A stretch of DNA of 53,943 bases from an uncultured Pedosphaera sp. GTDB lineage: Bacteria > Verrucomicrobiota > Verrucomicrobiia > Limisphaerales > UBA1100. Positions 30,059-38,473 of the stretch are shown here, piece after piece. Position numbers and translations under genes: made by a program. The notes under the pieces were generated by a model, which had not been told where the DNA came from, searched no databases, and saw only the letters and a list, made by a program, of their open reading frames with translations. Positions within the stretch are counted from its first letter, which is position 1. Each line of letters opens with the position of its first letter. Location of the stretch: contig CAZHJW010000002.1 of assembly GCA_964533265.1 (NCBI GenBank), positions 1 through 53,943 on the forward strand, given 5' to 3'.

Positions 30059-31162
30059 CTACTTTTGCTCCTCTTTTTCCATCTCCGGTGGCGGCTGGTT
30101 AATCAATAGTCGCAACTTCGTAGGACTTAATTTTCCCGTCTTGGAGACCAGGATGATCTTTATATCTTTGTTTTCAGTAATACTCTTCATTGTTTCAAAG
30201 TACAACTGTTCCATATAACGCCTTCTAGAGACCGAATCAGGATACTTTTGCACGATGTCCCTGAATCGATTGGCCAGAGAATCAACTGAAGCCCGTAATG
30301 CCTCCGCCTGATTTTCCGCCTGATTTCGAATTAACCCTCCCTCTCCACTATCGGAGACAATTGCCCGGCGAATAGCATCGGCACCGCTCTCTGCAGAGCT
30401 AATTGCCTCAGCAACTTGCGCATCCATTCCGTTGAAACTATCGTAGGCGTCCTGCGTCATGAATGGAAGTTTCACATCCTTACCGCTAATATTTACACGA
30501 AGCACCTCCACTCCGAGGTCATAGCTACGCACCAACTTATCGACTCGCCTCTTAACTGTTTCAGTAAACGCTGTTGGGTTTTCGAGTATGGCCGACAGAT
30601 TAGCCTCAGCAGCCGAGTAGGTGAGCCCATTATCCAGAACAAGTTGTAAAATTGTCGTGGCATCCGCAAAATCAAAAGTAAACCTGCTGGGTTCAGAAAC
30701 CCGATAGGTCATTTCAGCCTTAACGTGAATAATCTTATCATCCATCGTGATGGCGTATCCATCATACATGGCATCTACTGGACGTTGGTTTACATTGTCA
30801 CCAACTTCCATCCGACCTATGGGCGCGTGCCACGCAGCAACCGACTTAACGGGCCTCTCACGCGCAATTTCTACTTTTTCATCAATTGGAAAAGGCCAGG
30901 CAAAGCGAATGCCCGCCTTATACACATCCTCCGCACTGGTTGTTCGAGCTTGACCAAAACGCAACAAAATCGCCCCTTCACTATCTTCATCCACTGAAAA
31001 GGTATTGGAAAAAATCAGGTACACCACCAGAACCGCGATCACGAGTTTAAGTATCGTAAAACTACTCTGTAACGCCTGCTCCATGGCGCGCGAACCGGCC
31101 TCGTCTCCCAAGTCCATTTCCGGACCGTCTTTCAATTTGGTAGAATCTTTATTCATGACCAT
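30059..31162 (-). CDS. SPFH/band-7 domain protein (HflK-like)
   Basis: 367 aa. It has one N-terminal TM (ILKLVIAVLVVYLIF), then a VDEDSEGAILLRFGQ...IRFAWPFPID start typical of HflK/HflC family SPFH domains, and a helical C-terminus. Confidence 0.85.
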   Translation of the reverse strand: MVMNKDSTKLKDGPEMDLGDEAGSRAMEQALQSSFTILKLVIAVLVVYLIFSNTFSVDEDSEGAILLRFGQARTTSAEDVYKAGIRFAWPFPIDEKVEIARERPVKSVAAWHAPIGRMEVGDNVNQRPVDAMYDGYAITMDDKIIHVKAEMTYRVSEPSRFTFDFADATTILQLVLDNGLTYSAAEANLSAILENPTAFTETVKRRVDKLVRSYDLGVEVLRVNISGKDVKLPFMTQDAYDSFNGMDAQVAEAISSAESGADAIRRAIVSDSGEGGLIRNQAENQAEALRASVDSLANRFRDIVQKYPDSVSRRRYMEQLYFETMKSITENKDIKIILVSKTGKLSPTKLRLLINQPPPEMEKEEQK

Positions 31163-31186
31163 GTGGCCTAGTTACTGACAAAAAAT

Positions 31187-32125
31187 TTACTCTTTTGGCT
31201 GCTCTTCTTTGAGGGGCGAATCCAGCCCTCTCAATAAGCCGAATGGCCCCATGGTATCATCCAAGATCAGCGTGGTTTGCTTTTTGACCGAGTTCTCCAA
31301 TGCCTCAAGCTGCATCAGGAAAGTGGCCAACTTGGGGTCCTGCTCCATCAGTTTAAACTGCTGCAGGGCATCACCTTGAGCTTTGGCCAAAGTTGCCTTG
31401 GCTTCAGCATGCGATTTTTGAAGGGCTGTTTCCTTATCGTTTAGTGCCTTTGCTCGAAGAACATTCGCCTCTTGGTGAGCAATATGCACGGCAGTCCCGG
31501 CCTTATTGGTCCACTGGGTTACCATAGCGTTTAATACAACATCCAAATTACTCTGGGGCACACCGACTTTTCGAATTCCGACAAATTGTATTTCCACTCC
31601 CAGCTTCTTTGCCTTTTCCTTGGCCGCATCCCGAATGTTCTGCTCCAACTCACTAAACTTTACCTTCTGGTTATTCTTGGCCTCACCTTCCTGAACAAAA
31701 CTACCAAAACTGGTGGCTACCGCACTGACCTGAGCGTTCTTTTCGGTATCCACGATTACGAGCAACTGCTTCTCCGCATCCTTCATTCGCGCGTCTGAAT
31801 CAGAACCACTCGTACGCTCCATGAAACGTGCAGGGTCAGAAATCTTCCACCCAAAATAAAACTGCATCATCACGCTCTTGCCGTTCTGAGTCATTACCTG
31901 ATCATAACGGGTTGTTTTTACGTGAATTCGTCTATCAAACTTATAGACATGCTCAATTGGCCACGGCCACTTGTGCCTGAGCCCTGGTTCTACAATAGGA
32001 TCACTGTTCTTTCCGAGACGGTTCACAAAAGCGATCTCGTCCTGACGCACTTGAAAGGTAAACATATAAGAGCCAAAGATAAGCAACAGTAAACCAAAGA
32101 TTACGATGTTAACGATTTTCTTCAT
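31187..32125 (-). CDS. SPFH/band-7 domain protein (HflC-like)
   Basis: 312 aa. It has an N-terminal TM (IVIFGLLLLIFGSYMF), then VRQDEIAFVNRLGK...LRHKWPWPIEHV, and a coiled-coil-like C-terminal half. Confidence 0.85.
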   Translation of the reverse strand: MKKIVNIVIFGLLLLIFGSYMFTFQVRQDEIAFVNRLGKNSDPIVEPGLRHKWPWPIEHVYKFDRRIHVKTTRYDQVMTQNGKSVMMQFYFGWKISDPARFMERTSGSDSDARMKDAEKQLLVIVDTEKNAQVSAVATSFGSFVQEGEAKNNQKVKFSELEQNIRDAAKEKAKKLGVEIQFVGIRKVGVPQSNLDVVLNAMVTQWTNKAGTAVHIAHQEANVLRAKALNDKETALQKSHAEAKATLAKAQGDALQQFKLMEQDPKLATFLMQLEALENSVKKQTTLILDDTMGPFGLLRGLDSPLKEEQPKE

Positions 32126-32131
32126 AATGAG

Positions 32132-34114
32132 TTATTTTTTCTTGGTGGAAGGAACCTTAATATCCGTCATTCCTCGCCGAATGGCTTCATGCAAATCGAG
32201 ATCCACCTCTATTTCATGATTTCTCGCAGCCACTACAAACTTACGCCCATTTGCAACCGCACGCTCAAAAGTAGTGAGATAGAGCCACAAGGGATATACA
32301 TTGGCCGCCTGCCTGAACGGTTCCTGAGAACCCTTTTGTCGCTGGAAACGAACTTGGGCCTCCAGCCTAAGCAAATCTGACGTCACTTTTGCATTGTATT
32401 CAATAAGCCCAACCTCATTGGTACGCTCGGCATCGAGCCTCATTTTCTCGTGAACAGCCTCAAGTTTATCCAGCTGACTCATTAATCCAGCCGTAACTGG
32501 ATCCTCGAACGCCGCCGCCACCGGCATGCCGTATAAGTCCGGCCTCTCATCTCCGGGATCAGCTCCCCTCTCTATGACATTTTGGGGCGATTCAGCGGGT
32601 GGACGGAGGTTGGCCACCCCAACAAACAGCACCTCTACTCCCAGATCATTAACCTTGTCTTGAATATTACTCTTTAGACTCTCCTGAGCGTTCTTACGCC
32701 CTTTGATGAGCAACTCTCCAAAATCATGATTTAAAAAATAGTTGACCACTTCACGAGTCGCAATGTTCCTAAGTAACTGTTCAGGATTCGAGTATCTAAG
32801 CCAACCGTCTTCCAACCCCTTCAGTTTTTTACCGTCACCGACGCTGCGAATACGATACAGAACCGGCACACTGGCCACCATAAGATTGGCCTCAACCGTT
32901 TCGTCACCGCTACCAACCAGAAAGAAGAGCTCCCCGGTTTTCTTTTTCGACTCATAATCCTTTCCATCCGGCTGCATCCACAAGCCGGGTCTATCGATAA
33001 ACTCAGGTGGCATATCATCCTCAGGCAATGGTTCCAAACCCACGTAAAAAGTGTGTACCTGATCGGGGTAGAAACGCTCTATTGAAGCAAATGGCCAGGG
33101 CCATTTCAGGTGAATTCCCGACTCCAGCAACGACGATTGTTGCCCCTGCCGTGCTCCATCCACCAACCTACCGCGTACTGAAGGCTCAATCACAACAATT
33201 GTGGTCGAGAGCCAAAGAATAATAATCTGCAGGCCAATAATAACCCCCAAGCGTTCGCGTAAAAACTGATATCCCCATGTTTCAGACACCTTGAATCCAA
33301 ACTGGTAGTCCAAAATCTGCCCAGCCGTAGTGAAGAGGTTCTCAGGCTTGGCAACCAACCCGATCAAACGACTCTGATAAAGCAGGCGAGACTGGCGGCC
33401 CGTAACTCGCGGCCGATATATTTCAAAAATCATCCCTAGCAGGTTCTCCACCGCCGCCACTCCAAGTAAAATGGTTAAACCAGAGGCAACATACACGTCG
33501 GCCCGGGCATCCTTGAATGAAACGGCCACAACCGCGGCCAAAATGAAATTCAGATACGCGCCGAAAAGAATATAATCGGAAGCTGGTTGTAAAAACCGTT
33601 GCTTCTCAATCCGCGCCAGATTCGAGGCAAACTGACCACGCAGGAAAAAAATCAAACCCATCAAAGCCGCGCCGAAAAGCGCCTTGTAGGGATCAACAAT
33701 CACCCAACTATCAAGTGTTTCAAATGCAGCAGACAATCGTTGGGTGGAAATAAAATAAATCCCATAGATTTGAAGACCGAGCATTATGGTGGTCACCATA
33801 GGCATCCCCCATTTCTCAAATTGCTCACGCGACCTTTTAGCCGGAAGTACTTCGCCTTCTTCAAAGAGTGCCTCGGCAGTCGCCCCCTGTTTAATCTCCT
33901 CAAGCTCTCTTGCCTCCATCTGCTCACGCTCACGCAACTGCATGTGGAGGAGGCTTACCATCGCCACCACAAAACCAAGAATCATAAAGGCGGCAATCGC
34001 ATAGGTAGTCACCGAACTGGTTCCCAATGCTAAAAGAACCGAACCCACAACACCTAGCAAGGTGATAAGCAGGTTCCATAAACCACCACGTCTATCGATT
34101 TTATCCGTTGCCAT
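32132..34114 (-). CDS. Polytopic membrane domain fused to an SPFH/band-7 domain
   Basis: ORF 32132-34120 (GTG). ATG 34114 is more likely. About 6-7 N-terminal TMs (for example LLITLLGVVGSVLLALG, MVTTIMLGLQIYGIYFI, LGVIIGLQIIILWLSTTIVVI) are followed by an SPFH start, IHLKWPWPFASIERF, and an HflK/C-like helical tail. It overlaps the upstream gene by 14 nt. Confidence 0.8.
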   Translation of the reverse strand: MATDKIDRRGGLWNLLITLLGVVGSVLLALGTSSVTTYAIAAFMILGFVVAMVSLLHMQLREREQMEARELEEIKQGATAEALFEEGEVLPAKRSREQFEKWGMPMVTTIMLGLQIYGIYFISTQRLSAAFETLDSWVIVDPYKALFGAALMGLIFFLRGQFASNLARIEKQRFLQPASDYILFGAYLNFILAAVVAVSFKDARADVYVASGLTILLGVAAVENLLGMIFEIYRPRVTGRQSRLLYQSRLIGLVAKPENLFTTAGQILDYQFGFKVSETWGYQFLRERLGVIIGLQIIILWLSTTIVVIEPSVRGRLVDGARQGQQSSLLESGIHLKWPWPFASIERFYPDQVHTFYVGLEPLPEDDMPPEFIDRPGLWMQPDGKDYESKKKTGELFFLVGSGDETVEANLMVASVPVLYRIRSVGDGKKLKGLEDGWLRYSNPEQLLRNIATREVVNYFLNHDFGELLIKGRKNAQESLKSNIQDKVNDLGVEVLFVGVANLRPPAESPQNVIERGADPGDERPDLYGMPVAAAFEDPVTAGLMSQLDKLEAVHEKMRLDAERTNEVGLIEYNAKVTSDLLRLEAQVRFQRQKGSQEPFRQAANVYPLWLYLTTFERAVANGRKFVVAARNHEIEVDLDLHEAIRRGMTDIKVPSTKKK

Positions 34115-35828
34115 CGCCACTTAATTCCCTGTTTTCAAACATCCATATTGCCGCCGATAAAGCCAAAGTTACGTAAAGTAACACATATATACTGGCCGTG
34201 CCCAAATACCGCATCGGAACAATGCCCTGATCATATTTAGTCTTAAAACGCGTCTCACCCAATTCCTCCGTCTGCGGATTCATGGAATCGGAGAGCCAGA
34301 AAAGCTGCCAGTTAGGGACCAAAACGTAAAGAAATTTTGCCCATACTGAGCCTGCTGTAATGCTAACCTCACGTTCGGTGGAAGAATCCCACTTATTTAA
34401 ACCGCCATTTTCAAGTTCCACCCAAAATGCCAGATGCCCAGGCACCACCGGAGTCTTTACCTGTTCCTCCAAACGTCGGAATTCAATAAGAACCTCTTTT
34501 TTATCATCGTTCCGCTCCAAATCTGCCTCCCGGTTTTCGATTTCCTCCATTATCTTGGGTAACAGTGTCACCTCCAATGACTCACCGGGGAATTGTTCAG
34601 GCATCAATTGGCGCCCCAAGCGAATCATTTCTCGCTCCACCGGAACATTCCAACGCTCTTTCATGTCGTAATCCAAAAGTTTTTTCAAGCCATCATAATC
34701 AATCTTTACTACATTCGTCTGAACATTCCCCAGTGAAATTAGACCTTCTTTGGCGTTGAACTCTTTGAGGTCGGGTTTGGAGCCGGTCACATCTACTTCA
34801 ACCTTGTACTCCATATTTGCCAAGCGTGGAACCCCTCGCAGCTGCATCCGGAAGGCGGAGTAGTTGCCTGCCTTATTCCCAGGCGGATTCCAGGTCATAT
34901 ATTCACCCGCTCGAAGAAGCCCACCTCCTTGAGCAGCTGCCCCTAAAAGGTAATCGGACATCAAACCCAATATAAATAGGCCCGAACAAATCAACATCGT
35001 TGGCATCCAGCCGAACCTGGTGGAGCACATCAATGCGATTGCGGCCAATACCCATAGGGCAAATAAAATCAACAAGGCCAAACGAATCAACGACCAGTCC
35101 ACATCATCAGCAAAATGAGCCTTCTCTTCAGTGGGCAGAGGCTTTCCATCTGGGTCTATCCCTGCTCCATCAGTGAAAATCCAGATGTCGGAAAACTCAA
35201 CAGTAATCCCTGCCCCTGAATCGACCAAGTACCATGCACGAACTTTGTCCTGTGAGCATACGGTGAGAAAACCCAAAGTCATAGCCACTGCCAGCAGTCC
35301 CATGGCCCACGGCACAAACGGTTTTTGGAGTAAGTAATTGGCTAACCCTGCTATTAGAAACGCCAAGCCCACAAAAACACCAAAGGTCACGACTCCTACA
35401 ATGTCAGGATTACCATAAGCATCATAAGCCTGCCGACCAGCTAAAAGCAGCACGATTAAATTTAGGTAAGTTCCCGCTGTTAAGCCCGCCACAATACCCA
35501 AATATTTACCGATAATAAAATGCATCCGGCCCACAGGCTTAGAAAGCACGGCTAGAGCAGTACCGGTCGAAATTTCTCGAGAGAGGGATGAGGAAGCACA
35601 GATAACCGCCGCAACAAGTCCTGAGAAAAACATGACGGACAAGGTTCCATCTTTGACCATCTTAATATCAAAATTAACTGGAGCGTTATCGGTCCCGCCA
35701 AAACCAAAATATGGCACTGCCGCCAACATCAGCATAACCAAGGGTGATAACGTAAAAAGCAACAGGAAAACCGGTTGTCGAACCAGTTCCATGAACGCGT
35801 TGAGGGCGATGGTTGGAATCTGCCGCAT
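34101..35828 (-). CDS. ABC-2-type permease-like membrane protein with a C-terminal soluble domain
   Basis: 575 aa. The N-terminus IALNAFMELVRQPVFLLLF and the block SREISTGTALAVLSKPVGRMHFIIGKYLG are typical of ABC-2 (NosY-like) permeases. A roughly 200-aa non-hydrophobic region precedes the last TM. It is the first gene of the minus-strand operon. Confidence 0.75.
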   Translation of the reverse strand: MRQIPTIALNAFMELVRQPVFLLLFTLSPLVMLMLAAVPYFGFGGTDNAPVNFDIKMVKDGTLSVMFFSGLVAAVICASSSLSREISTGTALAVLSKPVGRMHFIIGKYLGIVAGLTAGTYLNLIVLLLAGRQAYDAYGNPDIVGVVTFGVFVGLAFLIAGLANYLLQKPFVPWAMGLLAVAMTLGFLTVCSQDKVRAWYLVDSGAGITVEFSDIWIFTDGAGIDPDGKPLPTEEKAHFADDVDWSLIRLALLILFALWVLAAIALMCSTRFGWMPTMLICSGLFILGLMSDYLLGAAAQGGGLLRAGEYMTWNPPGNKAGNYSAFRMQLRGVPRLANMEYKVEVDVTGSKPDLKEFNAKEGLISLGNVQTNVVKIDYDGLKKLLDYDMKERWNVPVEREMIRLGRQLMPEQFPGESLEVTLLPKIMEEIENREADLERNDDKKEVLIEFRRLEEQVKTPVVPGHLAFWVELENGGLNKWDSSTEREVSITAGSVWAKFLYVLVPNWQLFWLSDSMNPQTEELGETRFKTKYDQGIVPMRYLGTASIYVLLYVTLALSAAIWMFENRELSGDGNG

Positions 35829-35976
35829 TCGTTTCTTGCTAACAGGGGGGCGCGCATCATACGCAAATTTAACTTTATGGCAATGCGAAACCTACGGCCT
35901 TTATTGCACGTTGAATCTCGACAATTCCGCGTTATTCCCTTAGGTTTTTTACACGCGTGGTGGGCATTACGCGGCT

Positions 35977-35982
35977 AGGAGG
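35977..35982 (+). promoter_or_regulatory. Shine-Dalgarno-like AGGAGG, 7 nt upstream of ATG 35990
   Basis: aggagg at 35977-35982, followed by aattccc and then ATG. This supports 35990 rather than 35957 as the kinase start. Confidence 0.5.
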
Positions 35983-35989
35983 AATTCCC

Positions 35990-38473
35990 ATGGCGACACC
36001 AGTGGTGAAACTGATCACCCGAAACAACAGTCGGGTATTGGCGTGTTTTGATTTGGTTCCGGGCGATTATTCAATCGGCCGTGACCCTTCCTGCTCCATT
36101 ACACTGGATAGCCCTGATGTATCACGTAAACACGCCCTACTTACCGTCACTGAAGAAAGCTGCACTCTTGAGGATATTGGTGGCCGTTTCGGTACCTTAA
36201 TTGCCGATCGGCAAATTGTTGGCAAAGTTCGCCTTCAACTTGGCCAGACATTTACACTCGGACGAACGACCGTTGAACTGACCTCAGTTGAGCCCAAATC
36301 AGAAGGTGCCGCAACCACACAATCAAGTCATTCGGAGCGCTATGAGATTTCCCGAAAACTAGCCAAAGGCGGCATGGGAGAAGTTTACCTCGCTCTTGAC
36401 CACCAACTTCAAAGGCATGTCGCTCTCAAAGTAATGACCCCGGAAGTCGCTGCAAATAAAGACCTTGCCAATCGATTTACTCAGGAGGCTCTGGTCTTGG
36501 GAAAGTTAGATCACCCTCACATTGTTCCCATCCACGACTTGGGCAACGATACTAAAGGACGAAACTACTATGCCATGAAATTTGTGCGAGGCACTACCCT
36601 CAAAGATGTGCTTCACGCCCTTCGGCAAGGACAAACATCGGTCGTAGAGTGCTATCCGCTTTCCCGATTACTAGATGTGTATAGTAAAGTTTGCGATGCG
36701 GTTGCCTACGCCCACTCCAAGGGAATTATTCACCGCGATTTGAAACCCGCCAACATTATGATTGGTGAATTCGGTGAAGTTATGGTGATGGATTGGGGCA
36801 TATCTAAGATTCTAAACCAACCTGAAAGTGGAATACTTCCGGTGGAACCCTTCACCCCTAAAGAAGGCACCCAATATGGCACAATCATGGGAACCCCCAG
36901 TTTCATGGCCCCCGAACAAGCTGCGGGTCAACTAGAAATCATAAACGAACGGACCGATATTTACTCATTGGGTGCGATTTTATATAACATCCTTACACTA
37001 CGACCGCCCATTACTGGTAGCAGCACGAATGCGAAAGTAATGGAACGAATTAAGTCTGGTCAAATCAGTACTCCTATCGCCTTCACCAATGATTCGAGTG
37101 ATGCAACCGTGCTTCTCCACTGTCCAGACCATCAGATACCCGAGGCACTTTCGGCTGTAGCAATGCAGGCTCTATCGAAAGACCAATCTGAGCGCTATCC
37201 CGATATTCATTCACTTCAGCGTGATGTAGCTGCTTTCACTGCTGGCTACGCTCCAAAGGCTGAAAAAGCCGGTTTATTTCGCCTAATGCGCTTAACAGTT
37301 CGCCGTCATGCCGTTCTAGCCGCAGCCTCTAGTGTCATAATCCTTCTGACCCTCATTTTTGCCTCTCACGCATACTGGAGCGAACGCCAGCAGAGTAAAG
37401 TAATTGCCCAATATGCCGCAACAGCGCCAAAATGCCACGAACTGGCAGGCCAACTGATGAACCGAGGGCTTTTCCAGGAAGCTCTTTCCCCGGCAGAATT
37501 ATCCACTCAACTCGTTCCGGACAAGGCAAAATACTGGCGGCGTTTGGCCCGAGTACAACTGGCTCTTCATCAACCTACCCTAGCTCACCGCTCTATTCGG
37601 TGGGCAGAGAAGCTTGGCGGCTCTGATAAATTCACCTTACAAGCCAAGAAAATATGCCAACAGCTTTCTGATGCGTACGGATCAAATACACTGCCACTTC
37701 ACGCATTAGGAGCCATATTTCACTGGCAGAACCGACGAGGGATGTCGATGGACGCACGCTACACTCTGGCACGAATTGAAATAGAGAAAACCAATACTTG
37801 GAGATCTGCTCAAACTGCCATAAAAAAAATCGGGCTCTCCGGCCGTGTACAACGAAATCAACACGGATATTTAAAGATTAATCTGGCCAGCACAAAAACA
37901 CGCGATCTTTCACTTTTTTCCCGTATGCCAATCTACTCGTTAAACCTCTGGCAGACACAAGTCAGAAACCTTGAAGCCTTGAAACAAATGCCGCTACGTC
38001 AGCTTTCGCTTGCGTATACATCTGTATCCGACCTCACTCCCTTAAAAGGAAGGCCTCTGCAATCATTGACCATTGCCTACTCTCCTATCGAAGATCTCAC
38101 TCCATTAAAGGGAGCCCCACTCATACATCTGCACCTGAGCAGCACAAAGATTGACAATCTTTCGCCACTAAAAAATATGCCTTTGAAAACACTGCATCTT
38201 GACCGAACACTGATTACAAACCTCAAACCCTTAGCCGGATTGCCAATTCATGAGTTGCGTCTGGACGGTTGCGAGAAATTACAAGATCTAACACCTCTGG
38301 CACAGTGTACTGAACTAGAGGTGCTCATCCTGCCACGCAATCATGGGAATATCGATTTTTTACGAAACCTTCCGAAACTGAAAAAGTTATCCTACCGTTT
38401 TGAAAACGATCCGGCAAAACTGGAGTCTGCCTCGCAATTCTGGCAGACAAGAAACATCGCATCCAAGCGTTAA
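35990..38473 (+). CDS. FHA domain / Hanks-type Ser/Thr protein kinase / single TM / extracytoplasmic LRR sensor protein
   Basis: 827 aa from ATG 35990. The FHA-like N-terminus reads YSIGRDPSCSITLDSPDVSRKHALL. Kinase motifs: LAKGGMGEVYLA, HVALKVM, HRDLKPANIM, DWG (a DFG variant), FMAPEQ. TM: AVLAAASSVIILLTLIFASHAYW. The C-terminal region ends in 7-8 LRRs of 21 aa. Confidence 0.9.
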   Translation: MATPVVKLITRNNSRVLACFDLVPGDYSIGRDPSCSITLDSPDVSRKHALLTVTEESCTLEDIGGRFGTLIADRQIVGKVRLQLGQTFTLGRTTVELTSVEPKSEGAATTQSSHSERYEISRKLAKGGMGEVYLALDHQLQRHVALKVMTPEVAANKDLANRFTQEALVLGKLDHPHIVPIHDLGNDTKGRNYYAMKFVRGTTLKDVLHALRQGQTSVVECYPLSRLLDVYSKVCDAVAYAHSKGIIHRDLKPANIMIGEFGEVMVMDWGISKILNQPESGILPVEPFTPKEGTQYGTIMGTPSFMAPEQAAGQLEIINERTDIYSLGAILYNILTLRPPITGSSTNAKVMERIKSGQISTPIAFTNDSSDATVLLHCPDHQIPEALSAVAMQALSKDQSERYPDIHSLQRDVAAFTAGYAPKAEKAGLFRLMRLTVRRHAVLAAASSVIILLTLIFASHAYWSERQQSKVIAQYAATAPKCHELAGQLMNRGLFQEALSPAELSTQLVPDKAKYWRRLARVQLALHQPTLAHRSIRWAEKLGGSDKFTLQAKKICQQLSDAYGSNTLPLHALGAIFHWQNRRGMSMDARYTLARIEIEKTNTWRSAQTAIKKIGLSGRVQRNQHGYLKINLASTKTRDLSLFSRMPIYSLNLWQTQVRNLEALKQMPLRQLSLAYTSVSDLTPLKGRPLQSLTIAYSPIEDLTPLKGAPLIHLHLSSTKIDNLSPLKNMPLKTLHLDRTLITNLKPLAGLPIHELRLDGCEKLQDLTPLAQCTELEVLILPRNHGNIDFLRNLPKLKKLSYRFENDPAKLESASQFWQTRNIASKR
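37931..38400 (+). repeat. 63-nt coding periodicity (7-8 leucine-rich repeats of 21 aa, LxxLxLxxTxIxDLxPLxGxP)
   Basis: Units read from the translation: LRQLSLAYTSVSDLTPLKGRP, LQSLTIAYSPIEDLTPLKGAP, LIHLHLSSTKIDNLSPLKNMP, LKTLHLDRTLITNLKPLAGLP, IHELRLDGCEKLQDLTPLAQCTE, LEVLILPRNHGNIDFLRNLPK. Confidence 0.75.
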
